Positions 10,475 to 21,314 of a stretch of DNA of 64,000 bases are shown piece by piece. The notes beneath the pieces were generated by a model. It searched no databases. It was given only the letters and a program-made list of their open reading frames with translations, and was not told where the DNA came from. The stretch's first letter is position 1. Each line of letters opens with the position of its first letter. The DNA is taken from assembly GCA_963772725.1 (NCBI GenBank), contig CAVYYI010000004.1, positions 320,001 through 384,000 of the forward strand, read 5' to 3'. The translations under genes were made by a program, and so were the position numbers. Origin of the DNA: an uncultured Phycisphaerales bacterium (GTDB lineage Bacteria; Planctomycetota; Phycisphaerae; Sedimentisphaerales; Anaerobacaceae).

Positions 10475-13343
10475 TTAAAGATTCTGTGGTGTAAATCTGA
10501 AAAGTTTTTTTATCGCCGAGGAGTTTAATTTTGAAGGCGGGTCGAATTTTTTACTGCCCATATAATTCACGAGACTGTATAGAAGCTGTCTTGCTTCAGG
10601 CTTATCGCGAAGCGTCAGCAAATCTATCGAGCAGAAAAGCAATTTGCCGTTATCCACTTTCGCCTCAAATATCAGGCCTAATTTATAGTTGCGGTCGAAA
10701 TTATCGACGACCTGAACCAGCGGACGAAAATCAGTGGGGGTCTGGTCGAGGATAACAGGCCGAGAGTTTTTCACAAGATGCCACCATTGCCAGTTACTGT
10801 GAAAGTCGGTTGGAAAATCGGCAAAGAGAGGGTGTTTCGGGTCACATAGTATGCCGAGTGTCCCCGGCGGGTCGAGAGACTTGAAAAGCGGATAAGTGCA
10901 GAAATCCGTAATAAAAGTTCCCTGTATGCTCTTATCCAGCATATAAGGGTCGGGCAGCAGCAATACACTTGCCTTTTTGCAAAGCTCCTTCAACGGAGTT
11001 ATCGAAAACCCTGCTGATTGTTACACCATTCGGAATCCTGAAATCAACTTTTGCCGGATAGACCCATATATTATAGTGATTAACGAAACTCGTATTCTTT
11101 ATCTCGATTTCGAGAGTAAGTTTTTGCGGGGCGCTGACTTTGTGGAGCGGTATGGAAATCTGACCGAGATTGCAGAGCCTGCCGTTGGGAATATCGACTT
11201 TGGGCAGTTTGCCGGATGCCAGTTCAGAGCCTTTATCGTCTCGCAGTACCCAGCAGGGAAGAGCCTGCTTTATAATGGCCGGGCCGTAATGTGCAATTTT
11301 TACCTGGGCATTGAAAGTTTCATTTGTCGTCCATGTGTATTTTGGCATAAGAATAAGCGGAACAGTCTCGGAGCAAAATTCCCGCCAGGCTTTGGGTGTA
11401 ATAAATCCTTTCGAATCCATAAAAGAATTCAGCATACCATCCAGAACAGTTCCATGCCCTGGCATATCCTGCAAGTCAAGAAGGTGGAAGCCGCCAAAGC
11501 CTGGTGTCCGCAACGCTGCCTCTATATCTTCGCGGTAACACAGCTCAGCGAGCATTCCCGAAGCGCGAAAGAAATCGTCGGCCTGGTCGAGCATATGTTT
11601 TTCTTTCAGTCTGTTGCGGAAAACCTCAAAACTTCTCGCACGTAACACGCCGGTGTATTTTTCTATTTCTCTGAAATCTGGATATACCTCGTACTGACCG
11701 ATTTCGTGTCCAATTATGGGAATGTTAATACCTTCGATTGAATTTGTGTAATCGACTGTCGTCGAAAGGGAGATGTTGTTGATATGGCCGAGATACGGAT
11801 GGGCCATTGAGCCGCGGACGAGATTGATGCCGAGAACGACCTTTCCACCGGCCCTGGCAGTGGAGGATGTTGTCCAGAAGTCGTCACCTTCAGCCTGCTT
11901 GGGTGTACTCAATGAATTATTTGAACCCTGAGCGTAAAGATGCCTGGGGTCTATCTCTCTAAAATGTTTGACCATTTTTGCCATAACGCCGCTGTCGCCA
12001 GCCAGTTCATTGCCGAGCGTGAACATAACAAACGAAGGATGACTGCCGTAGTTTTTAAGAATGCGTTCGCCCTCAGCCAGTTGATATTCATTGCGTTCCA
12101 TCTGCGCGGTTTTTGTCGTACCAGGCAGTTCCACCTGCATAACGTGCGTTGAGTTAGGCAGTTCCGGCTGGAGATACATACCAAGTTCATCGGCTGCCTT
12201 AAAGGCCGCTTCCGGCGGACACCAGCTATGAAAACGATACAGGTTGATGCCATAAGATTTGGCGATTTTGAAAACACGCAGCCAACTATTTATATCCATC
12301 GGCGAATAGCCGGTTAGCGGAAAAACGCAGGCATCGTGTTTGCCTCTGAGAAAAATGGTTTTGCCGTTGATAGAAAATTGGGTGCCGTTTGCACGGAAAT
12401 CACGCAGGCCGAAAGTTGTATCACGGCTATCGGCATAATGACTTTCATCGGTTTTAGCGTCAAGTCTGCACTTTAAGATTATACAGAACAGGCGAAAATT
12501 CGTCCCAGAGAAAACTGTTTTTACCAAAAGAATATTCCGCTTCAACTACCTGCGAATCCTTTTTGCTCTTAAAGTCAATTGTCATCGCTTTTAGCTGATG
12601 TGCTTTTTCGGTATTGCAGCTTTTAGCCTCAAGAGTTATCCTGCCGGTAGCGGCTTTACCTGTAACATTGCCTATTGTCAGGCGGATTTTGACCTTGCTT
12701 TTGTTTATATCCGGATACACCTGGATATCATCGAGCCATATTTTATCTGTCGCTATAAGTTCGAGCTGGCCGATGATACCGTTCCAATTCGTCTGTGTTT
12801 CTTCTATAAAAGCGTGAGACCTGCCGACTGGAAATAAATTAGGTTCGTTGTTAACCTGGATGGTCAATATATGGTTACCGGGTCTCATCGCATCTGTTAC
12901 GTCATAGGTATGAGGTGCACAAAGGCTTTTTTGACTGCCAAACGACTGGGAATCAACCCATACGGTTGTTTGTTTTGTCCGTTCGAGAAAAAGGATTATT
13001 CTCTTGTCTTTCCATCCGTCCGGTATTTCGACCTGACGCTGATACCAGGCTGGTCCCTGATAAATATACAGCCTGCTCAGGCGTTCTGTGATTTTGCTTG
13101 TCATTTTTTGTTCCTTTTTGGTTTTCGTCGGTTGTCCCCGGCAGCTCTGACATTTTCGGGCAGCTTCTTTTCATACCATTTTTCTGTTATGCCCTGTTCA
13201 TTGGCATCGAGCGCAAAATCCCATTGGCCTGCCAGCGGGATAGCCTCCCTGTCATATCCAGAACAGACTGCGGGATTCAAAGTCAGACAAAGACAAATAA
13301 AAAACGCAGTTACCGCACAGGCTCTTGTATTGAAATTGCACAT
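10475..13343 (-). CDS. GH2-family glycoside hydrolase, split by about 4 frameshifts
   Basis: Signal peptide, LAGQWDF, GPAWYQR, TQTNWNGIIG, FGLRDF, RFHSWCPPEAAF, HPSFVMFTLGNEL, HEIGQY, GFHLLDLQD. Confidence 0.85.
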
Positions 13344-13358
13344 CTCTTTAGTCTCCTT

Positions 13359-14678
13359 TTACCGATTATAATTACTGATTTCTTCCCTGGCAATACGACA
13401 CCACTGAACCAAATTTTCAGGATGGTTTGCTATAGTATGATTATCTTTCATGATTATTTCAACAACACAGTTTTTGGTGATTTCAAGATTCCGCCGCAGG
13501 TTTTCTCGGATTTGTTCGAAATTCGGCTCCGCTACTGCCAAATCGGCTGGGTTGACTTTCATGGAAAAGATATAATCTTTTTTCAGATATTCAGCCATTT
13601 TTTCATAATCTGCCCATGGAGAGCATGAAACTCGCCGCAGATTATGATGCTTTTTAACGATATCCCATCGACTATTGAGCGGCTCACAGCAGCCGTAGCA
13701 GGTCAGGCCGAATCGCTCCATAATAGGTTTTTCGTATGGGTAGATAAAAGCCTCGTACAACTCCGGCGAAATTCCAACCGTTTCCTGGCTTTCGGTAAAT
13801 CCCCACATGTCCTTGCATCGAACTAAGCCTGAATAATCTTTTGCAGGCAGCTTGTCCGTAAGACCGTATCCGCCCGACCCGACATAAGTACCATCATTAT
13901 TTAAACTAAGCAAACCTTTCTGTTCGAGCCAGTCCAGTTTTCGCAAAAAGCCTGACGATATTCTACTGAGCAATTCTTTAGTCTCATCAGGATAGTCATA
14001 AAAATCATACATCATTTTTTCCAGGCCGCGTAAAAATACGAAAGGCATGGTAAGACCCAGTGACCACCACCACGTTCCCTTCAGACGAACTTTCAGTATG
14101 TCTCCAAACACACATTTTGTTTCTGATAAACAAGCGTTCGTAGTATCCCAATCTATCTGCGGTTCTTTAAGATGAATTTTGCCAAGGTCGGTTTTATAAT
14201 CCTTGAGGGGGCTATCCCAGCGGGCTGCTCCATCAATTTGTGTTTTTTCAAATGCTACCGCCAATCCCCAATCATCGGGCTTTACGGTATATGGCACATC
14301 GAAAAAATTTTCGATTGGCGTATCGTCCTGCATTTCATCGTTGCTGAAAATCTTCTTGCGCAAAAGCATTTCCCAGCGTTGAGCCAGCAGACCCGAACAT
14401 CGCATTTCAGCATCAGTGATAATCTCATTCCATCCGTTTTCCGGGTCGCAGAAAAAAACCGGACGGACGGGCTTAAGGCCGTTCAGCGATTTCCATGCCC
14501 GACAGATTTCATTCATTCGTCCAGAAGAAGCGATTTCAGCTACCTTCTCTGCCAACGGACGCAAAATTGCGGAATCTGAATCGCTGATTTTCATATCTTT
14601 TGGAACAAAACCTGTTTCAATGGCTCCTGAAGCTGTCTGATTTATACCGGTTGATTTCCCCTGACCATAATGCTGCAT
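13359..14678 (-). CDS. Uroporphyrinogen-decarboxylase/MtaA-CmuA-like TIM-barrel protein of unknown function
   Basis: LRGLEKMMYDFYDYPD, SQETVGISPELYEAFIYPY, YGCCEPL, SCSPW resemble the URO-D/cobalamin-independent methyltransferase superfamily; no signal peptide. Confidence 0.6.
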   Translation of the reverse strand: MQHYGQGKSTGINQTASGAIETGFVPKDMKISDSDSAILRPLAEKVAEIASSGRMNEICRAWKSLNGLKPVRPVFFCDPENGWNEIITDAEMRCSGLLAQRWEMLLRKKIFSNDEMQDDTPIENFFDVPYTVKPDDWGLAVAFEKTQIDGAARWDSPLKDYKTDLGKIHLKEPQIDWDTTNACLSETKCVFGDILKVRLKGTWWWSLGLTMPFVFLRGLEKMMYDFYDYPDETKELLSRISSGFLRKLDWLEQKGLLSLNNDGTYVGSGGYGLTDKLPAKDYSGLVRCKDMWGFTESQETVGISPELYEAFIYPYEKPIMERFGLTCYGCCEPLNSRWDIVKKHHNLRRVSCSPWADYEKMAEYLKKDYIFSMKVNPADLAVAEPNFEQIRENLRRNLEITKNCVVEIIMKDNHTIANHPENLVQWCRIAREEISNYNR

Positions 14679-14696
14679 TACAAAACTTCCTTTTTA

Positions 14697-16298
14697 TTAA
14701 CGCATCAAATACCAAAGTATTGTGGTGATACCAACTACAAGCGCAAGCCATAAACGATAGTCCTGCAATAAGCCAAGTTTTGGCTGCAGAACCTGCTCTT
14801 CCTTCTGTCGATTCCAGTTATAGGTGGTATGAACCAGCTTTTCAGCAGGTTCAGGTGATGTCAGCAGGGATATGAATATCATAACAAATAAACACACAAG
14901 GAACTGTAAAATCGCACCGTGCAGGAATGGTTGAATCAGCGGATGGCCCATGAATGGCAAATAATCTTGAAGGAAATGTTTTTGCGTATCAATCATCATA
15001 ATTGGAGAAATAATAAATGCCGTTATCATACAGGCCATCACTCCAATGGTATTGGTACGCTTCCATAAAACAGCCATGAAAAAGATACCGGCAAACGGCA
15101 TCATAAGATAGGCCTGTACCATTTGAAGGTAAACGAACAGCGACTTGAATTGGCCAATAATAGGCGCCCATAATGCCCCGAGAACAAATATCGTAAGCAC
15201 CGCTATTCGTCCCACCATGACCTGCTGGTTTTGCGAAGCTTTAGGACGTATTTTAAGGAAAAAGTCTCGCGTGAACAGCGTCGATACCGAATTGTAGGTC
15301 GCACTGATATGCCCCATTAAAGCAGCAGCAATCCCCGCTATGGTCAGCCCAAGTAGGCCGGTTGGCATGAGATTCTTAAGCAATGTAGTATAAGCCTGGT
15401 CTGGTTTATCGATATCCGGATACAATGCTTTCGCTATCAGACCGGGCAGCACAAGCAGAAAAGGTGTGCTTAATTTGAGAGATGCGCAAAACACCGCACC
15501 AAGTCTCCCTTCATTCAGACTCTTGGCTGCAAACACCCTTTGTACAAGTACCTGGTCCATTGACCAGTAAAAACTTCCTAACAGAAATACCCCGAAAAAC
15601 ATACCAGGCCAGGGTACATCAGGATGCGTGGCAGGCTTAATCATCTCGAACATTCCAGAATCTAATTTCGCATGAAGGCCATTCCATCCGCCTACATGAT
15701 GCAGCCCAAGGACAGTCAGAATTATGGCCGCAATCAAAAGTACTGTTGTCTGGATTGCATCTGTATATACAACTGCACTCAACCCGCCTTTCATTGTATA
15801 TATTGCGGTTATCAACCCCACAACCCAGATTACCGTCATTTTATCCCAGCCGAGAATCTCTGAAAACACAATCGATGAAGCCCAGAGTGAAATGGAAATT
15901 TTTGTCAAAACAGAAAGAATTATCATCATAGCGGAAAACAGCAACCGCACACTTGGCCCAAAGCGTTTTTCAAGAAATTCGGGAACGGTGTATATCTTGT
16001 TTTTAATATAAAATGGAAGAAACAGTAAAACCAAAGGAATCAGGCAATACACCGCCATCCATTCGAAACCACCGAAGGCCATCCCTACTGCAAAGCCGCT
16101 TCCTGCCAGCCCAACAATATGTTCAGCGGATATGTTTGAAGCGAAAAGTGAGGCGCCGATAAATGGCCATCTGAGTTTGCGACCTGCAAGAAAATAACCC
16201 TCACTGGTATCTTGACGTTTAACAATATACAAGCCGATAACCAGAATAACAGCAACATAAATTGCAATTATAAACCAATCCAAAAAGTGAAGCGTCAT
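14697..16298 (-). CDS. Sodium:solute symporter (SSS/SGLT-like sugar transporter)
   Basis: YFLAGR, SLFASNISAEH, TVPEFLEKRF, GGLSAVVYTDAIQ, DQVLVQR. Confidence 0.95.
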   Translation of the reverse strand: MTLHFLDWFIIAIYVAVILVIGLYIVKRQDTSEGYFLAGRKLRWPFIGASLFASNISAEHIVGLAGSGFAVGMAFGGFEWMAVYCLIPLVLLFLPFYIKNKIYTVPEFLEKRFGPSVRLLFSAMMIILSVLTKISISLWASSIVFSEILGWDKMTVIWVVGLITAIYTMKGGLSAVVYTDAIQTTVLLIAAIILTVLGLHHVGGWNGLHAKLDSGMFEMIKPATHPDVPWPGMFFGVFLLGSFYWSMDQVLVQRVFAAKSLNEGRLGAVFCASLKLSTPFLLVLPGLIAKALYPDIDKPDQAYTTLLKNLMPTGLLGLTIAGIAAALMGHISATYNSVSTLFTRDFFLKIRPKASQNQQVMVGRIAVLTIFVLGALWAPIIGQFKSLFVYLQMVQAYLMMPFAGIFFMAVLWKRTNTIGVMACMITAFIISPIMMIDTQKHFLQDYLPFMGHPLIQPFLHGAILQFLVCLFVMIFISLLTSPEPAEKLVHTTYNWNRQKEEQVLQPKLGLLQDYRLWLALVVGITTILWYLMR

Positions 16299-16553
16299 TT
16301 GGTATTTCCCATATTAAACGCCTGGCTACACAGCCAAGCCATTATGATTCAACAGCGATATTAAACACAATTACAATTACAGCAAGTCCCAAACCGATTT
16401 TCTTGTACTAAAAACCAATTTCTATTATATATTAGCACAATAGGACAAAGAAAACATAACACTTTTCTTTTATAGATATTTGAGGTCTCTGAAAACTGTC
16501 ATAATTGAGGAAAAAAACAATAACCTCGTATTAAGGCAAGTGCAATTTAATGA

Positions 16554-17645
16554 CTATTCCAGCGGTATATGAACATTGAATGAATCGTTTTGGTCCACAT
16601 TAGCGGCACAAAAGAGTACCCTGGGCTTTCCATTCTCAAACCAAAGCTGAGGTCTTTCAAGGCGAGCTAACTGCTGAATCTGGCCGTTGTCCCAGCGTAT
16701 CTGCGGCGTTGAGACAAGCGGATGAGGTGCAACAGTCCAGTCAAATCCATTGTGCGATTCAAAGAGAACCAGGGCCTGTCCTGCTTTTGTAAAGTATCCA
16801 CGCATATCTTTAACGATAGCATAGTAGCGGTCACTGACGTACCAGATAAACGGGTCTTCAGCGGGAAACTTTGCTCCTTCTTTTGTGAAGATTGGATAAG
16901 GACGTTTGACAAATGGCCCCAGAGGCGAATCCGAAGTGGCTGCCACATGAACAACCGGGCCGCCAAAAGGCAGTTTACCTTTATCTCCGACCGCTTTATA
17001 AACCATCAGGTAGCCTCCGTCGGGCCGCTGCGTAATACTCGGATTGGAGCAGCAAAGGGCATCATAAAATCCGGGGGTCACATCGATGAGCGGTTTATCA
17101 AAGCGTTTCCATGGCCCGTTTGGGTCATCGGCTACCGCAACCCCAATACGCTGGTGATTACGATTGTCCCAGTAGCTTAAATTGCCGGTATTACCCATGT
17201 AATACAGATAGTACTTATCGCTAAATTTATGTATGGTAGGATTGTGGGTACACAGGCCGTCCCAGAAATCCTTTCCCCGTTTAGGAAGAGCGATATTGAC
17301 ATGGTGATACGGGCCAAGAGGAGTATCAGCTACTGCGTGAGCCACCTCAGAATGTGTGGCCCATGCACCAAAACCAAGCTTGCGCGGCCAGCGGGAGTAA
17401 AACAAATGATATTTTCCTTTTTCGTCCGCCACCATACTGCCGCACCAGATGTAGTAATTTGGGTCTATAAATTTGGCATAAGCAGGAACCGGTTTTATCA
17501 ATGACTGCAGGTCCAAGTTGCTTTTCTGAGCAGTATCTTCCGCAGTCAAGGCAGTGGTGATGCTCTGCGTTTTTTTACAGCCTGAAAGGATAAAAGCTAA
17601 AAAGAGAATAGATACTAAAATTATGCCGAGAAATTTTCTTGTCAT
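16554..17645 (-). CDS. Lipoprotein glycoside hydrolase, GH43-like five-bladed beta-propeller
   Basis: Lipobox LSGC; YHLFYSRW, HNPTI, RIGVAVAD..GPW, AEDPFIW, RLERPQ. Confidence 0.8.
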   Translation of the reverse strand: MTRKFLGIILVSILFLAFILSGCKKTQSITTALTAEDTAQKSNLDLQSLIKPVPAYAKFIDPNYYIWCGSMVADEKGKYHLFYSRWPRKLGFGAWATHSEVAHAVADTPLGPYHHVNIALPKRGKDFWDGLCTHNPTIHKFSDKYYLYYMGNTGNLSYWDNRNHQRIGVAVADDPNGPWKRFDKPLIDVTPGFYDALCCSNPSITQRPDGGYLMVYKAVGDKGKLPFGGPVVHVAATSDSPLGPFVKRPYPIFTKEGAKFPAEDPFIWYVSDRYYAIVKDMRGYFTKAGQALVLFESHNGFDWTVAPHPLVSTPQIRWDNGQIQQLARLERPQLWFENGKPRVLFCAANVDQNDSFNVHIPLE

Positions 17646-18154
17646 TTGCCTGTTCCTTAAATTGATTTCCCTAAATTTAATCTGAATCGCAGCACACAGG
17701 TTTACTCCCGAAGACCGCTGTTGGATTTCAATAGTTTAAACATTTTCGCAGTCTATTATTCGATAATTCCAACGTGATTTCAACATCTATTTGTTCAAAC
17801 TTGGGGGTTTTGACGGAGATTTAGGGAGATGGTTCACTCAAGGCGCACTCCTAACGAAAACCAACACAAAGACTTAACTTAAATTTCGGTTTACTCATAG
17901 TCCTCCACATTTTTTACAAGTTTCCGCAGAATCAAATTCAAAACAACACCTTGTCAGCACTGCAGTATTAAAATTCTTGCCTTATAGTTCCCTGATTTTA
18001 ATATCCTTGTATTGCTTGTTTTTCGCCATAGATAAATATTCTCCCGATTATGCTCCTGACATATTAAAAAAAAGGGGATTTGGATATTGCCCTCTGTTGT
18101 TAAAAAAAGTGTATTTGTGAACGATGTTCCGGCTGTGGCGTTTTATGATGAAGA

Positions 18155-19198
18155 TTATTCTTCTGATACAAAATCCACTTTAGCATCTTGCGGGTGATGG
18201 ACCAGTCGAGTGAACCAGTCATCAGGCAGTGGTGTTTGATTTTTAAGTTCAATAACCAGTCTCTTTGGGGAGAGGTCGCCTTGGAGGTGAATGCCGGCAA
18301 ACTCGATTCGCAGCAAAAGACCTGTATCAGCATCTGCCCATATCTCAATATTTTTTGGCCCAGGAAAATCTTTGCTGATTTTTTGTGCATCCAGATATTT
18401 TGTGGAGCTGTTTTGCTTCTGGTCATCAGTAATATCTTCGAGGTATTTGATCTTGTAATGGTCGCGTATCTGCAGGAGAGTAGCTTTTAAATCAAGTAAT
18501 AATATCGCGGCTAATTCCGGGGGCATTGGGATACGAAATGCCTGCGAGTCATTACTGACCAATATGGGTTTATCAGGTCGAATCATCCATCTTGTTTGGC
18601 CGTCGCTGCCGATTATAAGCGTTTTGCCGGAAGTTGTCTGGCGGTAGAGGACGAACTTGTCGCTGCCGCGAAGATAGAGAGTTGCCCCATCGAGTCCTGC
18701 GCGTTCTCCGGTTCCTTTTGCTTTTTCAGGATTTTGAGGGGGCTGCGTGCGGCGATTGTTTTTTTCGCTATCTATTACTATGAATGAATAGGTGCGATCT
18801 CCGGCACTATCGATGGCGGCTATCATCTTATCAATCGAAGCGGAAGCGGTATTGGTCGGCAGTTGTGTAAACAGGATTGCAAAAGATATTATTATGACAG
18901 CAGCAATACCATAGCGAATAAGTGGTCTGGCTATGTGATAAAACTTTCTCGCAATTTCGGTATGAGTGTTTATCTGCTGCATTACTTTCTGAATCCTGCG
19001 TTCTTTGGCGACTTCATCTTTATCAGCTAATTGCAGCAGCAGCGAATGAACAAGCTGCAATTCAGCTATTCGGTGGGCCTGTTTTGTGTCCAAAGATTTG
19101 CGGATAAGCTCAAAGGATTCAGCCTGTTCAGAATCGAACCATTGGCTTATTAATTCATCAACAACATTATTTTCAGGTTTATTTTGTTCCGTGGTCAT
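18155..19198 (-). CDS. Probable transmembrane anti-sigma factor with a LolA/RseB-like periplasmic domain
   Basis: Overlaps the ECF stop codon; N-terminal helical part, one TM segment (YGIAAVIIISFAILF), beta-rich C-domain with GSDGQTRW and IEIWADADTGLLLRIE. Confidence 0.7.
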   Translation of the reverse strand: MTTEQNKPENNVVDELISQWFDSEQAESFELIRKSLDTKQAHRIAELQLVHSLLLQLADKDEVAKERRIQKVMQQINTHTEIARKFYHIARPLIRYGIAAVIIISFAILFTQLPTNTASASIDKMIAAIDSAGDRTYSFIVIDSEKNNRRTQPPQNPEKAKGTGERAGLDGATLYLRGSDKFVLYRQTTSGKTLIIGSDGQTRWMIRPDKPILVSNDSQAFRIPMPPELAAILLLDLKATLLQIRDHYKIKYLEDITDDQKQNSSTKYLDAQKISKDFPGPKNIEIWADADTGLLLRIEFAGIHLQGDLSPKRLVIELKNQTPLPDDWFTRLVHHPQDAKVDFVSEE

Positions 19199-19743
19199 GC
19201 CGTTATCTCCACCACGACTTTTTTATGTTTCAGGCAATCGAGGAGCTGCGACCTTGCTCTTTGAAGCCGTTTTTTTATGGTTTCAACGGAAGTTTCTGAT
19301 ATCGCGGCAATCTGCGATGCGGGGGTTTGCTTAAAATAGCGAAGATGTATAGCCTGGTGGTAATCCTCAGACAATGTTTCAATACAATGTTTTAGTGCTG
19401 CTATTTTTTCGTCCCAGGTGTCGCCGGGACTTTCGCTGATATGCTGTATCTGCTGACTGAGGTATTCCAGGGTTTCGTCTTCAAACATCATAATATCAGA
19501 TTTTGTTTTACGGAAGTGAGCCATTACAAGTTTAGCGGCAATACCACGCAGCCAGGGGCCAAATGGCCTGTCACGGTCATATTCATCGAGTTTTTGCCAT
19601 GCGATGACCATTGTTTCCTGAAAAAGGTCATCGATAACAGGCTGGTTCCGTACAACTGCCCTGAAGTAGGTCATGAGCATTGCCTGATTTTCTCTGACAA
19701 GAATCTCAAAGACGGCTTTTACTTGTTCTTTTTTATGCAGCAT
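19195..19743 (-). CDS. ECF RNA polymerase sigma factor (planctomycete/verrucomicrobial type)
   Basis: Region 2 DDLFQET..AW..FGPWLRGIA; region 4 LRYF..IA..SVETIKKRLQRARSQL; 182 aa. Confidence 0.93.
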   Translation of the reverse strand: MLHKKEQVKAVFEILVRENQAMLMTYFRAVVRNQPVIDDLFQETMVIAWQKLDEYDRDRPFGPWLRGIAAKLVMAHFRKTKSDIMMFEDETLEYLSQQIQHISESPGDTWDEKIAALKHCIETLSEDYHQAIHLRYFKQTPASQIAAISETSVETIKKRLQRARSQLLDCLKHKKVVVEITA

Positions 19744-19782
19744 AATTGGCTCTTTTTAAAAAGACCACTGTTTCTAATGTAT

Positions 19783-19810
19783 ATTGTTGTTAAATTCTCA
19801 TTTGGGGACA
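19783..19810 (-). promoter_or_regulatory. Putative ECF-dependent autoregulatory promoter
   Basis: Minus strand TGTCCCC-N16-ACAAT, ending 40 nt upstream of the ECF start. Confidence 0.65.
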
Positions 19811-19836
19811 ATAAATAAAATATTTTTCAAAAAATT

Positions 19837-19864
19837 TGTCCCCGATGCACATTATTTAGACAAT
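19837..19864 (+). promoter_or_regulatory. Putative ECF-dependent promoter of the divergent operon
   Basis: Plus strand TGTCCCC-N16-ACAAT; identical boxes and spacing to the minus-strand copy. Confidence 0.65.
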
Positions 19865-19967
19865 TATAGATGGAACGAACGAAAATTGCTATGGCTGAAT
19901 TGGCAAAAAGATTGAAAAGAAATAATTTTGAAATATTTAACGTCTATATTTGAGAAGGAGATAGCCC

Positions 19968-21314
19968 ATGAAGACAAATTTAGTAAAAATTATTGTTATC
20001 TGTTTGTTCTGTAATTGCATATTGTCTGTGATTGGCATTGCGGAGGAGCCTCCACGGCGCGGGCCGAGACAAGACCAAAGACAGCGTAATGACAGAAGAG
20101 AAAATAAGCCAAACGAGAAAATGAAACCGCAACAAAACAAATATTCAATTGAGCAGGCTGTCAGCGATAATGCACAACTGCATACCGTCGCATTTAGCGG
20201 GCTGGCATTTTTGACAGGTGATTTCGGAGCGTGCACCTTTATTCCGCCCGGCAAGGTCTGCGATTTCTTTGGATTTCAGTATATGCGTGATATTGATGTC
20301 GCACAAAAAGGACACAATCCGATGTTTCTCAACCGTGTGGCGGGCAATGTGATGCATGTCCTGAATGACAAGCAGAAACAGATATTTCTGGACTTGGCTG
20401 AGCAGCAGGCACCGCAATTGGAAAAACTGGCAAAAATGCGGCTGCCGCTGATAAAGGCTTTTTGCATGCAGCGGGATAATCAAATACCCGCCGGCAGCAA
20501 TGGGCTCAACAAAGAAGCAGTGATAAAATATGTCGGTGATATTTTCGCTTATGATGCGCAGCTGAGTTTGGCGCGCGCGGAGGCCATGGCGAAGGTGGAT
20601 TTATCATTGACGCCTGAACAGAAGGCGTATTTTGCGAAAATGAAATTCGGTGATTTCAGCACTTGGCCCGCCATAGATGAGCGTGATGAGATGAGGAATC
20701 AGGGACGCGGAAAATCGAAGCTGTTCAATGTGGCGTATATGACTTATGCCAGTGAATATTTCAGTTGGACAGCCGGTTCGGTTGAAGCTGATACCTATTT
20801 TTGTCCTGAACGGCATGGAACATATTTCGGCGGGTTCTATATGAAAGATATGCCCGCGATGGGTAAGCGGGACTATGATATAAGCACTTCGTTCACAGGT
20901 GACAGCGGCAAGGCTTTCGTTGATGAAGTATTGACCGAACAGCAGAGAACGGTTATCACTGAAATTCCAGACAAACAGCGAGAATTGTTGAAGGAAACAA
21001 TTACTGTTCGCAAAAGTATTTCGCAGGAATTGCGAAAGCTTTTAGACGGCAAAACGCCGGATAAGGCGAAGATTTTGAGTCTTGGCCGCCGTTATGGCGA
21101 ATTGGATGGCGAAATGTCGTGGTATTATGCAACTGCTTTTGCAAAGGTTAATCAGACTCTCACCAAAGAGCAGCGGGCGGCTTTAATGAAATTGCGTAAT
21201 CTCGACGGCTATAAAAGCGCTCCGTATTACATCTATTCAGGCCCGGCTCAGGAACAGCCGGTTCTGAATAATGTGGAGGCTTTCTTTTTTAGCCCGAAAG
21301 GAACGAAAAAATGA
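19968..21314 (+). CDS. Secreted protein with repeated Spy/CpxP-like LTxxQ helical modules
   Basis: Signal peptide, Arg/Gln-rich linker, motifs LNDKQ, LTPEQ, LTEQQ, LTKEQ. Confidence 0.6.
   Translation: MKTNLVKIIVICLFCNCILSVIGIAEEPPRRGPRQDQRQRNDRRENKPNEKMKPQQNKYSIEQAVSDNAQLHTVAFSGLAFLTGDFGACTFIPPGKVCDFFGFQYMRDIDVAQKGHNPMFLNRVAGNVMHVLNDKQKQIFLDLAEQQAPQLEKLAKMRLPLIKAFCMQRDNQIPAGSNGLNKEAVIKYVGDIFAYDAQLSLARAEAMAKVDLSLTPEQKAYFAKMKFGDFSTWPAIDERDEMRNQGRGKSKLFNVAYMTYASEYFSWTAGSVEADTYFCPERHGTYFGGFYMKDMPAMGKRDYDISTSFTGDSGKAFVDEVLTEQQRTVITEIPDKQRELLKETITVRKSISQELRKLLDGKTPDKAKILSLGRRYGELDGEMSWYYATAFAKVNQTLTKEQRAALMKLRNLDGYKSAPYYIYSGPAQEQPVLNNVEAFFFSPKGTKK

Noticed and set aside
10977..11645. 222-aa plus-strand ORF and the many other 60-220 aa overlapping ORFs in the track
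   Set aside because: They lie antisense or out of frame within well-supported genes and have no recognisable motifs
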